Assembly (NCBI GenBank): GCA_023515725.1
Contig: JALDTO010000266.1
Location: 1,279,580 to 1,343,579 of the forward strand
Direction of reading: 5' to 3'
Length of the DNA: 64,000 nucleotides
From: Amoeboaphelidium protococcarum X5
Taxonomy: Eukaryota; Fungi; Aphelidiomycota
This document shows positions 1 to 11,902 of this stretch, one piece after another; within the stretch, counting starts at the first letter, position 1; every line of letters starts with the position of its first letter. The notes beneath the pieces are model-generated. The model made no database searches. It was not told the DNA's origin and worked only from the letters and a program-made list of their open reading frames with translations. A program made the position numbers and the translations under genes.

Positions 1-924
1 TGACTAAAAGCCAATACTAGTTTATGGCTGTGGTTCATCGGCAGATTCTTAAACCAAACTTTTCTACTCCAATTAAGATTTAAGATCAGCCATCTTCTCA
101 TCCAACTCTGGCAATAAAGATTCAACTTCAGTAACATCTTCACCTGAAGCTTTCTTTGTATTAATGAAACTATTTAAAACAGACTTTGACTAATGCATTT
201 CCGAAATCGCAGACTTGAAATCATTCTATAACTCATAGACGATTGCTTTTCTAAACTGCAGCTCAGACAATTCGCGGAGGAAGCTGACATTAGATTGACT
301 TAACGTCTTCTTTATGCCATAAGATTTATCATAGTCCATCAAGGCAGCTTCGAAATTCTCCATCTCCGTTCCCAGATCTCCCAAGGCATTGTATATATCA
401 GCCAATTGAAGCAGATGAGGACTGCTATCGTCAGATCTGAGGCCAGCCACTAGCTTCTCATAAATCAATCTGCTAGTCTCAAGTGCCTGCCATGCATCAT
501 CGTAATCATCATTTTAACCTTGATTTCCATCTCCGTCATTCTCATCTGAATCATCTGGACTATCATTGTCATTTTCATCATCTTCCCACTGTTCCTCATC
601 CTCTTCCTACCCTTCCGCTCCTGATGCCTCTTCAAGTACCTGTTACAAATTAGAGTCGTCCGCATCCTTTACAGCGTCACCAAATAGATTGGCCGCATTA
701 GACATGCTCAATCCCAAAAGGGCTTTTCCATAGATATACCAGACCAGGCCAAGAGCAGGATGCAGATCATCACCGTCATAGTGAGCGACTGCCTCTTCCA
801 AAAGACTTACGCTCGTCTCCACAGACTGCTCATACTCATCTTGCATCAACAAATTCTTGGCCACATCAAGCTTAGCCTTCAACTCATGAGGTAAATTCAT
901 CTCGACCTGCGTATCACTAGTCAT
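1..924 (-). CDS. NASP/Sim3/Hif1-type histone H3-H4 chaperone (SHNi-TPR); 3' end runs off the window
   Basis: With TAR=Gln, ORFs 643-924 and 226-468 join into one frame with no TGA down to base 1. TPR1 (YIYGKALL), an acidic insert, then 'AWQALETSRLIY' and the SHNi-TPR 'DIYNALGDLGTEMENFEAALMDY'. Confidence 0.85.
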
Positions 925-1222
925 TATATATATTTCTGTAACTTAAATAATTACTATCCAAGAGCTTCACAGTGATAAGAAGTTGAATGTATCCGTTATT
1001 CTATTGACTAAAAGAGAATAAGAAGAAGTGAATGGAAAGAACTGACGCGCGACGTGTCGAAAAGACTTTTTTCGTTTCACTTTGAAACCGTTTCAGATGA
1101 AAAACTTAAGCCATATGGATGAATAGCAATCCATTAGGTAGACAATCAATGGACTTAAAAAAGCTAATTTCATTAAAGAATGTTAAGCAATCTATTAATT
1201 ACGATAAGCGATTAGTCTAATA

Positions 1223-2242
1223 TCATCTGTCCAAGTGCATGTTACGCCAGTTGAAAAAGTCAGCCTCCATGATGTACCGACACTGGCCGCATAGATCGAA
1301 TTGGGAGGAGCGTTGCAAATTACCACACAAAGGATAATCAAGTTGACATATTTTGCACCGCTACACTTGAATATCACACTTGGTCTGGAGTTAAAGATCC
1401 ATATCATTTTGCAGATCAATGAACCTTAATTTATTAATACCATGACGGTAGTAAGTTGTTACCAAATCGTCAAAATAGTAAGGTCTCTTTGCAAAAGACT
1501 GTATCTAATCCAGCAGTGAAATTGATACATCAGCTGAACTAATCGGAGCAGATTACGCGCCATAAAAAGTGCCATCCACGGATTAGATGTTGTTTAAACT
1601 AATATTTGACGCACCAAATTTACGGCGTCTTCGTCTAACGGCTGTCTATGGCTTTTACTTCCCAAAGTTAGAGGAGGCTGCATTTTCTACCCTCGCGTCC
1701 AAAGTAATACAGCGGCCGTTGTTCAACAAAAACAGAATTTAATCAGAGCCAAACAGCCTTACACAAACCCACTCGGATGGTTTTTCTGTATCACGGTCGG
1801 TGGATGTGTAGCACTACCAGACTAGCAGTGCATCGATATCATCATCACATAGCGCATGTGCAGTCAGGCTCATAACAATCTAAAACACTTGATGACATTC
1901 TAATTAAATCCGACTGAAACATGATTCTATGGATTAACGATCAGTTGATACACTGGAGGTTGAGTAACCATCTGTCTAATGGATTAAGCCAAATATTCTA
2001 TTTAAAATTTGAGCTGCAAAATTGTTTGATTATAGAATACTTTTAATATCACGACTTAATTCATCATCTCCAGAGGAAATCAACTCTATAAATTATCTTG
2101 CCTTATCGAGGGCAATCAGAAATGAAGTTTGTAGTGGCACGAAATCAAGTTTCAATGCCTGCTGCCTCAAACTCTCCTGATAGACTGATGAGCAGCACTC
2201 GATAACTATATTCTCAATCAGCTCGATAGGCAGCTTGTTCAT
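1223..2242 (-). CDS. Hypothetical 339-aa protein with N-terminal F-box-like motif and C-terminal CxxC...CxxC
   Basis: Continuous ATG-to-TGA frame under code 6, absent from the ORF track. Starts MNKLPIELIENIV (F-box-like LP.E....I); CKIC...CGQC near the end. Confidence 0.65.
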
Positions 2243-2670
2243 GACTATAGTATACGAGAGAGTGAGTAGTTGATAATTGGAGCTGCTAATGTGATGGCAG
2301 ATGAGGAAGAATTGCAGATTTGACTAGTCACATTTCACATGGCCCCGCATCAGCCTTTTCCATTCAGCTGATTTCGCCGCTAATCTCGATTGTCAGCTGG
2401 AAAAGAGAAAGACATTAGACAGTTTGAAAAATATTTAGGCCATGATAGGAAAAGTAAATGCGTGATATACAGTACGTACCAGGTGTAGTAGTGTTGAGTG
2501 TAGTCTTACTGACTTTTTCTCTGCCGAATAATGTCGCGATCCGACTTGTCACAAGATCAAAACATCACATGAGCATACCAAATCCGTCTTGGCCCTTTTA
2601 AATCAATAGTTTTTACTTTTTTTGAGAATCAATTAATTGAAAAAATCCAGCTAATAACTCTTAAATTATT

Positions 2671-3186
2671 ATGGGCAAAATTTATCGCAAGTATCTCGAA
2701 TAACACGTCATTGGATGTAGTTAATGCAAGACTCATTTGACCACACAAGACGATATCATTTCTCGTGCTTTTCACGGTCATTTTGGTCGCGCGTATTTGG
2801 TCAATGCTGTCGTCAATTCAAACCGGTTTAAAGCATCTGAAACAGATGGTCACAGGTAAAGCTATAACAGTAACAGTGCTAGCAGTAGTCCTGGCATACG
2901 GTATTAAATCACGTCTAGTCCAAATAGATATACACCTCTATCGGCAGGTGAAAATAGGCGAGATATATTCTCCGACAATGATGACGAGTTTGAGGCTGGC
3001 GAAGACCGATTAATGGCCACTGGAATGCATCGAGTGTGCGATATAGCCTGTGTCCAATGCGGTCTACTGATAGGATGGAAGTATATACACGCGTATGAAG
3101 AGTCTCAGAAATACAAAGAAGGCAAATACGTCTTGGAATGTACGCGGATCATTGATCTACCATACTAAAATTAATACACAGAATGA
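2671..3186 (+). CDS. Yippee-like (YPEL/Moh1) zinc-binding protein
   Basis: MGKIYRKYL...CSQCKTHL...[15 protein letters not shown]...[16 protein letters not shown]...[20 protein letters not shown]; in-frame TAA read as Gln. Confidence 0.9.
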
Positions 3187-3397
3187 CGAAGATATAATTT
3201 CATATTATCTCATGGCTTGTAATATATTATTTCGTAACTAGAAGCGTATTGAGTTTTTCAATGATTAGATTTTTGGCTTTTCTATTATCATTTCGCTCAG
3301 CCTGAAACGATTTTGAATGTATCCGCGCCGTTTCAACTTCTCCAATTGCTGCAGTTGCATTCACTCACTCATATTCCTCTAAAAAGTAGCATATAAA

Positions 3398-4111
3398 ATG
3401 GATTTACAATCCTAGTCAAAAGTATTACAGGTCTTGCAGTTTTCTACTGCAGATTTTGTGGATGAGGTGGTTGATGCTCTTAGTACGTCCTTGTAAGCGT
3501 AACTATATTGCCTGGAGAGAAAGCTTGACTCTGCCAAAAGCTCTGAAAAGTAGTGGCACGAGCTAGCGTCGCTCTTGGAATCAACTATGGACAAAAATTT
3601 GGACAGATGGGAGGCTTTTGTAACAAACAATGTCTTTTTAGTACCACAAGAATAAGAAGAAGATTCATCTACTGAAAGTAAGGAGACCATAAACTAACAT
3701 TTGGATTCATTTGAAATACTTGACTGCTTGAAACGTAGACGCGCAGAGATCGTTGCAGCTCGTAATATTAAGAGTAAATTAAAGTAGTTGATAAAGTCAC
3801 GTGAATTGCAGTAGTAGGCATAGAGAGAGCATATTGCTCAATACGCGGAAGCTCTGGGAAAGTTTGATACTATCCAGGCTAACTACGTGTCGAGAGGAGC
3901 TGCAGTTCAAGGCACCATTGAGTTGAATGAGAAAATCACAGAGTATGACGAGAGAATTTGCGCATTACATGAAGTTTATTATCTCGAGTCTGAATAACGC
4001 CGTCTTGCGAAGAAGTCGACTGTCAAGATGGATAGTACGACTTTAACTTCATATGATACAGATATGGACATGGAAAACAAGGGCGACTTAAACCTTTTGA
4101 GTAAGTATTGA
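3398..4111 (+). CDS. MIS12: Kinetochore protein Mis12/Mtw1
   Basis: 'FSTADFVDEVVDAL' and 'LLESTMDKNLDRWEAFVTNNVFLVP' match the Mis12 domain, followed by coiled coil. A possible 3' intron (GTAAGT at 4101) could change the C-terminus. Confidence 0.7.
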
Positions 4112-4388
4112 TTATAACTATATATTGACTATGTAAGTTTTAGGACGAATTGAAGTATCTATATCACAAAATGTCTTTCATAGTGTTGTTGGCCAATTGA
4201 TTTTCTTTTCATTCTAAATCACTATATGCACATTGACTATCTGACTGACATATTTTCTAACGTTACCACTATTTGCGCTATTAACGCGAGTGAGATCACT
4301 GTCTCAAAGGAATATCTTCAGCATAAAAACTCTTGCAGTCAATACAGTGCCAGATAAGACTAGCAATATAAAATTCTTTGCACATGAA

Positions 4389-4544
4389 TCAACAGCAATT
4401 TATAACCTCAATGATCAGACCATCTTTGAACTGAAACAATAGCGCAGCTTCATTCTAATCTAAATCGAAGGAGAGGGCAAGATATTCAGCGGCGTAAGGT
4501 GATGCCGCCATCTTTGACTGACGCAGCTACAAATCCACCGTAGA
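4389..4544 (-). mobile_element. Degenerate Ty3/Gypsy-like retrotransposon gag fragment
   Basis: Translates to LQLRQSKMAASPYAAEYLALSFDLD(Q)NEAALLFQFKDGL, matching the Retrotrans_gag pattern L.LRQ....V..Y..EF..L...L.WNE.AL...F..GL. Confidence 0.65.
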
Positions 4545-4696
4545 AACCAAATAAACTATTGATTAGGAGGAGACAATCTATTATTATAAGTTAATTAATT
4601 AAAACTTGGCAGTTCTTATTGGTCTTAAAACTCATTTCAGTAGTAGTAGTTCTCTACTTGAGGAGAGAACTACTCCATCAGGCCCAGGCGCGTTAC

Positions 4697-5085
4697 TTAC
4701 GCAGGTGAGACGACTTTGACATTCATCACAAAGAGGTCTGCAATGTCTCCGTCATCATGTAAAGCACCTGTGGCAATCACATCATTCTCATCTGACACTA
4801 TCACCTGACTATCTTTGAAAAGAATGGACATTTCCTTCGTTCTACTGAATTTGTTGACTGGAAAAAGATTGTACCCAATCATAGGACTGTACCAGACCTC
4901 AGAGGCCATGACATAAATTACCACTCACTTCATACTCAAAGAACATGCGCCCCTTTCCGACAATAGCAACACGGTTAGCAGCATCTACAGTGCGACACAA
5001 TCCAGGCCCTTCAACATAATCAAATAACCAGTGCTTCTTACAAGTGACAAAAACGCAGTTGATCCACTGTCGCACACTCATGAAT
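4697..5085 (-). mobile_element. Degenerate Ty1/Copia Pol fragment (aspartic protease region)
   Basis: '*VCDSGSTAF' (WxxDSG motif with TGG mutated to TGA), then frameshifted 'WLFDY...VAIVGKG', then 'VWYSPMIGYNLFPV...ILFKDSQVIV...VIATG'. Two frameshifts. Confidence 0.7.
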
Positions 5086-5834
5086 TAGAGTCAGCAGTAC
5101 GCGAGAGATTGTTGATTGAACAACTTAGATAATCCGGCAGAGTCCAGTCAGTCGTTCTATCAAGATTGAACCAAAATAATTGAGATCTAATCAATTCTTA
5201 TAAGTCCTGAGAATCAATACTCAATCTTCACATATGGTATATCAATATAAGGTGGCCAACTATGGCGTTAATACTTGAATTTACGCCGATCATTCACATA
5301 CGGGTTTTTTAACGCAACGCCTCTTACGATGGCTACACCGTGGAGCCTATTTCTCGACCATGTTCTATCGATAAACAATTTTCAGTCTGGCAATTTCTTT
5401 CCACCATTGCCATACGACTTCAGCCTGCATGCAGCAATCATCACATCCCCCTCCTGATCTTCAAAATCATTGTACATGGCTTCGTCTTCTTAGTCAAATA
5501 CAAAATCCTCGACAGCGAAATTCTCACGAAACGTATCAGAAAGATCATCAACATCCTCTTACTGCTAATTCGCAACGATGGTCATAGGAGACGGTGGCAA
5601 TACAACGGACATCTTCAACCACTTCAGGCCAAAAGTCAGCATTGTATATATAGAGGAATTATACACGCACATTAAAATCCAGACTTTAACCGTGAATAAT
5701 CGACCATCTCATTTTCTAATAATGAATCTCCAGAGACAGAAGCTTTTTGCATTCTGACCAGCAACAGTAGTTTCCCTTTGCGCGCTCGATCTTAGACGCC
5801 AACCTTCTAGTCATCCTTAAAGAAGTAGTCGATA

Positions 5835-6218
5835 TCACCATAGTGCAAATTCTTAAAATTTGCATTGTAATAGCACTAATTCATTAGGCCTGAAGCCAAG
5901 CATTTACGCGTTATTGTAATCATGAATTTTCTCGAATAGAGTTGCCATCGACATCTTAGGTAATATCGTTCTACTCGTAACCGTCATCATTTTTGTCCTG
6001 CTACTGCAGATGGGCAGCAAAGAGAATGACTTCACACCTTTTTAATTCAGATATTAAATACACTCGTAGAAGAGCGGAAGGTAGACGAACCAATACTCGT
6101 CGCATCTAAAGGCCTGGTGCAACGGATTTTCAAAGTTGAAATTGATATCGTCCATGCCAACTTTAATTAATCCCACAGTCTTAAAATATACTAACATTTT
6201 TTTGAATTTTGGCATCAT
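5835..6218 (-). pseudogene. Fanzor1-like (eukaryotic TnpB/OMEGA) fragment, degenerate
   Basis: 127-aa frame containing 'FENPLHQAFRCDEYWFVYLPLFYECIQYLNQKGVKSFSLLPICSSRTKMMTVTSRTIL', resembling the conserved Fanzor1 block P..Y/F.P......L...G.K.FS.LP......V/I....L. Flanks are stop/frameshift-ridden and no RuvC motifs are visible. Confidence 0.45.
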
Positions 6219-6636
6219 GATGTAACTAAGTATATTAGTTGTCTACAATCATTGCCCATTAGCCAGCCACTCACAAACAGCCAATCTGGCAGTCATCTGA
6301 GTAAATCCTTTTATAAGGTGCCTTTGTATTAGTTAATCTTGATAAAGTCATCCGCTTCAATAACCTCCTTCCTAATAGTGACGCATCATCTTTCTTAGAC
6401 ATTCAGTAAACAATCTATACCGGAAAGTAAAGTTTGGCCTGTATAGAACCATTACATTTCCTTCAATGGTTGAATGAGAGAGAGAAAGTTTATGAAGTCG
6501 CGCTCGATTCTTCATTTACCCGGGCGAGCCTCGCTTGATTCACCCGACATTGTTTTAACTTTCAGACTCCCACCCATTGTTTCATTGTCAATTTGACATA
6601 ATCTTCATAGTTTAGTACAGAAGTATTCATCTGGTC

Positions 6637-7377
6637 ATGGTCTCTAATTAGTTGCTATAGTAGTAACTTTTGGAGTAGAAAAAGGTTGAATTCAAAATGC
6701 AGGAATGTTTAAGACTGATGGAATGTTAGCTTGTCCACCTGCGAATAGATGGCGTGAGAATGTTATGCCAACTATTGCATCAAGTGGAAGATATATTATA
6801 GTCTACTAGTTTATCATCAGTGACTAAATCACTCGCTGAAATCCTGTTTTAGATTATTAGAGCCACCAGGAATGAAGAAGAGATCATGTATGCATGTCAT
6901 GCTCTAGAGGGTCTTATTGCCAGGCAATTACTTGGAGATAGGGAGAGTACTGCTGAATGTAGTCAAGTGTTACATCAACTGCTAAATTCAGATAGAATAT
7001 TGGAAAAGGTTAAAATATCTGTAGTTGAAACAATTTAATTGATGATCTCTCTGGATGATCAGGCGGCAGATGATATTTTGGATTTGCGTGCCATACACTA
7101 GGTGATCAATGCTTAATCTACCTCAGACCGTCTTTTCCACTCGATCATTGAGACGCTGTACATTTATATGTCTTATAATAATAGTTCATCTTCCCTCTCC
7201 TCCGTCTAGTAGAAGTTAAATGTTAATAACGAGTCTCGCCGCGCCAAGATTCAGGCAGAGTTTGGTAGAGAATTTATCGATTTTCTCCAATTCAAAACTA
7301 CCGACTCTTAAGATTCTCTGCTGGATTATACATCGACAGTTAGTGCATTCAAAAGCCTTGTAAAGTAAAAATAATGA
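6637..7377 (+). CDS. Hypothetical helical (ARM/HEAT-like) protein, 246 aa
   Basis: Continuous frame under code 6 from ATG 6637 to TGA 7375-7377 with amphipathic Leu-rich helices; missed by the ORF track. Confidence 0.55.
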
Positions 7378-7789
7378 ATAATGTTATATAGCTATTGATG
7401 AATGTATTACATTCTAATGTCCTATTGGTCGAATCTTTTGGATCTCTTCTTTACAGTCTAAAATTCTCTTGCAATCGTTTCCTGATCATAACTGCATTCG
7501 TAGCTCGTAGATATGCAGTATCATTAATTCTGATAACACCGGTATTAGCGGGGCCTTTTCTTGTCGATGCCCATGTGAGGAGTTGAGATTATAATATTAA
7601 GATATTGTTGTTAAGATACGCCACTTGGAATTTCTTGCATGTACCAGTTTGTTTCTTCTAAAGCTGTTTGATGCGTTATCACACCTGCCTGCTTCTCACT
7701 TTAAATCTACACGCCTTGCAATGCCAAGATGTAAGATATATTCAGTAACCCATATTAGGCAGTACAGGTTGATCATATCAACATACTCA

Positions 7790-9150
7790 GAGGGTTCTAA
7801 TCAGGCAGATGTGTCCGTCTTAGACGTGTTGTCTCTATAGTCTTTTCTTCTTACTAATCACATTCCAATACTGCAAAGAGCTCTCATGTATCAACTCCAA
7901 CTTAGTTTCCTTGGCGTCCAGAGGTTGAGAGTTGGCATCATCCCAAAGGTCGGACAATGATAGGAGCGTTTGTAACTTCTTGCACCATAGCTCATACTCC
8001 AGCAGCCAACTCCATAACAATTGATACAAGTTACACGGAATCTTGTACAAACTGAGCGACGGATGCTGCCAGCCTTTCCCTTTAAGCCATATATATCGGT
8101 ATGATTCCAGCAGATGGTTAGTTTTACGCTTGGCAATAAACAGAGTTAATTACAATGTGATGATACTCATTCTCTGTTATTCCATGCTCAATTAGATGAA
8201 CACGAACATCGCGACATGTTCTGGCACGTCTTTCTCTGGCGGCATAAGGATGCTGTCTATTCTATTTTTATTATTTCTTGGCCTTTTGATATTGCATGTG
8301 TTCATTGTACATACACTATACGTCTTCTTTCTGTATCAAGGGCAGTATCCAGAGTCTATCTTTATGATAACAAACATCTCGCGCCGCTTTCTGAGACACT
8401 AGACCATTTATCAGCTTTAGAGACAGACTTCACCACGTATTAAATGGCGGCGCGTCCATCTAGGATAATCTTCATGTCGACATTTGCCTGCCGGTAGGTT
8501 GCCAATATGCGGTAACACATATTTAAGTGTATAGCTACACCATCACCATCAACATCGTGCTTGACTTTGGTGCCATTGCTGATAACACAAACTTGAGTAG
8601 AGCTTACATAAAAAAGAGTTTAGCAGATGATATAGTATGCTAACTCGCCCCATGTTTCATAGTTTCTCTTCAGCCGAATACTAGCTTTAATGTACTTGTT
8701 ATCTGCATCTCAGGTTTTGATTTTTGGGCATACGATCGACCTTCATAGCAAAGAGTAGAAGTCATTAGCTCTGGTATAATGATTACGCGTGCTTAGAAGA
8801 AGTGATACCAGTTTTTTCAAATTAGAATTATTACGGTGTCCAAGTCTCACTCAACAACCTAACTATAACTTTCCAGCAGAATATTAGTTATACCTTTAAA
8901 TGCTACAGTACACCCAACCAGAAACTTGCTCATGTCGTTATACTGGAGCCATATTCATCCAACAACAACGCGAACTTCCTCGAGGCGATTGAACCGTAAA
9001 AATAGCGCCAAGCATTTTTAAGTCAACGTAATAACGTTCTTACCATCAAACCAGACCGAAACTTCAACTTGCTCAATTCAGCGTAACGTTCTTGTGGCAA
9101 AGACCCAGATGCCAATTTTCAGCAACTCTAAAAAGAAATTATTTCGACCA
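7790..9150 (-). mobile_element. Degenerate Helitron RepHel fragment (Rep domain); boundaries approximate
   Basis: 8405-8530 reads HLNMCYRILATYRQANVDMKIILDGRAAIQYVVKSVSKADK, matching Helitron Rep motif 3 (N.YN..LL..W.ANMD.......A..Y..KY.SK.E) with the second Tyr changed to Ser. Downstream 'EYELWCKK' resembles the E.YC...L.L..PW block. Many TGA stops and frameshifts. Confidence 0.65.
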
Positions 9151-9275
9151 TAATTGTTAATTCCCACTCATAGTCAATTGAAAGTGTGTTTTCGCCTGTT
9201 GAAAGTGAAAGACGCGGCAATTTTATAATTATTGTTCGATTCCGATCTGGTTCAGAGCGATTAATTCTTAAGAAG

Positions 9276-9292
9276 CTCTCTCTCTCTCTCTC
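9276..9292. repeat. (CT)n microsatellite upstream of VPS36
   Basis: ctctctctctctctctc run visible in the sequence. Confidence 0.8.
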
Positions 9293-9373
9293 GATTACTT
9301 TCAGTCAGTTGGTGCATTGAGAGGTCTTATAAAGTAGAAGTGTTGAACAGTTTTATATTTATTTAATAATGTA

Positions 9374-10833
9374 ATGGAGTTTTTAGAGAGTACATTCAAA
9401 CTTGTGCCCAATTCACTGCGTCCAGTCATTGATGATGAGGATCGATTACAACTGATGTAACAAGATGTTGGACTTTATGACAGAGAGCTGCGACTTGCTG
9501 GTGATATTGGAGTACTCTACTTGACCAATTGTAATTTGTACTGGGTCAGTGGCGAGTAATCTAAGTATCGATTGAGTTTGAGTAGAGTAAAGTTGGTTTT
9601 GCAAAAATCTGCATTTCTTACATCTAGTGCTAAGATTATTGTATCTATTGGCGGCAGCGGTTCAGTTTCTGATTAAAAGTAAAGCGAGTCTCACTTGTGC
9701 ACATGGATTTGCGGTGTATGTGAAGAGTCTAATACCTTGGCCTTATTTAAATCTTCGCTTAAGTGTAGTATCTGTGGCATTGCGTCTATGTAAGCTGACG
9801 TTCAAGTGTAATGTCGCGCATGTACATTCATAAACTCTGGTCGTGATTAGAAGTGTGTCGTATGTGACACTTTGCTATGGCCTGAATAGGCAATTGATGA
9901 AGCTGATGTTAATGAAATTTCTACCAGAGAGGCAGCGTCCCTTGGGCCTAATTATATAAAATTATCTTTTAGAAGTGGTGGATAGTCTGCGTTTTTTACC
10001 AAGTTGAAGCAAGTCCTGAGTGCCAAATCGTGGATATAAAGTAACCCGGAAGTACAATAGACTGAATAGCAGCACACTAAATAGTAAATTGGTCTTTCTG
10101 GCCTGCTTAATAATTTAGAGTAGAAGCGATCCACAGATAAAGCTACTCTCAATGAAGCATTTCAAGATTTGGATTCCCTGATGGCCAAGTCAAAGATGGT
10201 TGTTCAGATGGTCTCAAGTTATGCAGAGAAAATGCAATATTAAACATCTGCCGGGTCGACTGTAAATAAACGCGATGACATTACTGATTTGAAAGATGCT
10301 ATGAAGTCTCTTGGACTATCGAATATTGTCACAAGAGACGTGACTGGTGACCTGTACATTAGTGAACTATCTACGCAGCTGCGGTAATTTCTGGAGCCCA
10401 TCTTGTCTCGTCTCGGAGCCGTAAGTATGACAGACGCCTTCTGCTTATACAATAAAGCTCGCGGAATGTCTCTTATTAGTGCCAATGATATGCATGATGC
10501 GTGTATGCTGTGGAATGAAAATGACAAGTCATCGCTAAAGGTTCAAGTACTTAAGTCTGGTTTGAAGTTGATCACGCACTCTGGATTCGATCTTGAACGC
10601 GTTCTCAAGTAGCTATTTTAAAGCATTCCGTACGTCAACGCTCTTATATTATCGGAGCATACTAAACTGTCTATCGCGCTTGCACAAGAGGAACTGCTTG
10701 TAAGTCATTTGTTTGATAGCCTCTATAGTTCTTCATCATTACGTCATCTCAACTGTAGGCTATTGAAGAAAAGGGCGTGTTATGCCGTGACGAAACGGAG
10801 CATCAGATACAATTTTACAGTAATATATTTTGA
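9374..10833 (+). CDS. VPS36: ESCRT-II subunit Vps36 (split GLUE, two NZF zinc fingers, winged helix); intron 10700-10758
   Basis: 'DVGLYD...GVLYLTN', NZFs WICGVC..KCSICG and CRACTFIN..KCVVCDT, 'AFQDLDSLMAK', 'LYNKARGMSLIS'. C-terminal 'GVLCRDE...FYSNIF*' is restored by a GTAAGT..TAG intron. Confidence 0.92.
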
Positions 10834-10930
10834 TTAAAAATTGAATTAGATTAAAAAAATGTTAATAAATTAAACTATCATTTATTGACATTTATATTTT
10901 ACAACTTTTCACCTTTATACGTACAATATA

Positions 10931-11200
10931 TCACATTCTTGCTCCGTGGCGCTGCTCTGGCTCATAGCTTGAGTGACCATCGAAGCGACTGTTGAGACGA
11001 TTAATCATGGAGTGTCTATGCGACGGCAGGTGTTCAGTACCATAGATTTGAGCCTTGTTCATGATTAACCACGCGCCAAAGGATGTTGTCGCAGCAGTTA
11101 ACGCCCACACCAGCTTTATCTCAGTCGGAGTAGTACGGAAGTAGTTGATCACGGCGTGCTTCCAGTTGGTCTGATTCTTGCTGTTGAAGATATAGCTCAT
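10931..11200 (-). CDS. Small single-pass membrane protein, possibly NDUFA4/B12D-like
   Basis: 89-aa ATG-to-TGA ORF; 'TPTEIKLVWALTAATTSFGAWLIMNK' is a TM segment preceded by P.E. Confidence 0.5.
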   Translation of the reverse strand: MSYIFNSKNQTNWKHAVINYFRTTPTEIKLVWALTAATTSFGAWLIMNKAQIYGTEHLPSHRHSMINRLNSRFDGHSSYEPEQRHGARM

Positions 11201-11902
11201 TTCGATTTCTAGTTAGCTTTTAGTTTCTGTATTGTAAAGACAGTTAGATGGGTAAGATAACGAAAGGGAAAAAGAAGGTTAACAATGCTCATGGTGTTAT
11301 CACAGTTATCATCAGTTGATCGATGGCTGAAACAACAATCAACAATAGCCGTGATGACTCAGAATGACGTCAATCCTCACATCAGTCTCTTCACTTCTTA
11401 TAAGTGGTACGTGCTACTTGAATAATCCTTACCATTCATGATGAAAATTAATGCTTTTTAATACAATAAAGATTTTGAGCTCATTTTATTGTATGACAAG
11501 CGCTTAAGTGTCATTTTTACAGCACTTTAGTGCGCGTTCAGATTCTCATGTTGGGATTCTGCCTTTAATGGGTAACCTATATAGTAATGTATCCATGACT
11601 GTATCAGGCGATCGTTATTATGAATTTTACAAACTTATTTATCAACTTACTCAGTTTATGGTCCAATATATACAGATTCTAGTGAATTTGAATCGCTCAC
11701 AGCTGTAAAGTCGCGTTGCAGGACTGATCGTGACCCTTCAGCTAAAAATAGCCTTCATTGCAACAGATTTCGATATGTATGGAGTGGTAGTTAGTTTCCC
11801 ACTTTAATTCAATTTAGCTTTAGATAAGTATTGTAAAGCTTTGGCTTATATTAATTGATATTTCAAGTTACAATAATGCACGCATCTAATATTGATTTAG
11901 CG

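Noticed and set aside
1-4111. Centromere gene cluster (Sim3/NASP, Mis18-like Yippee, Mis12)
   Set aside because: The Yippee protein is YPEL/Moh1 type (QKYKEGK), not Mis18; adjacency is probably chance.
11493-11858. TGA-free frames on both strands upstream of the kinase
   Set aside because: With only one stop codon, frames of about 120 codons arise by chance; no motif seen.
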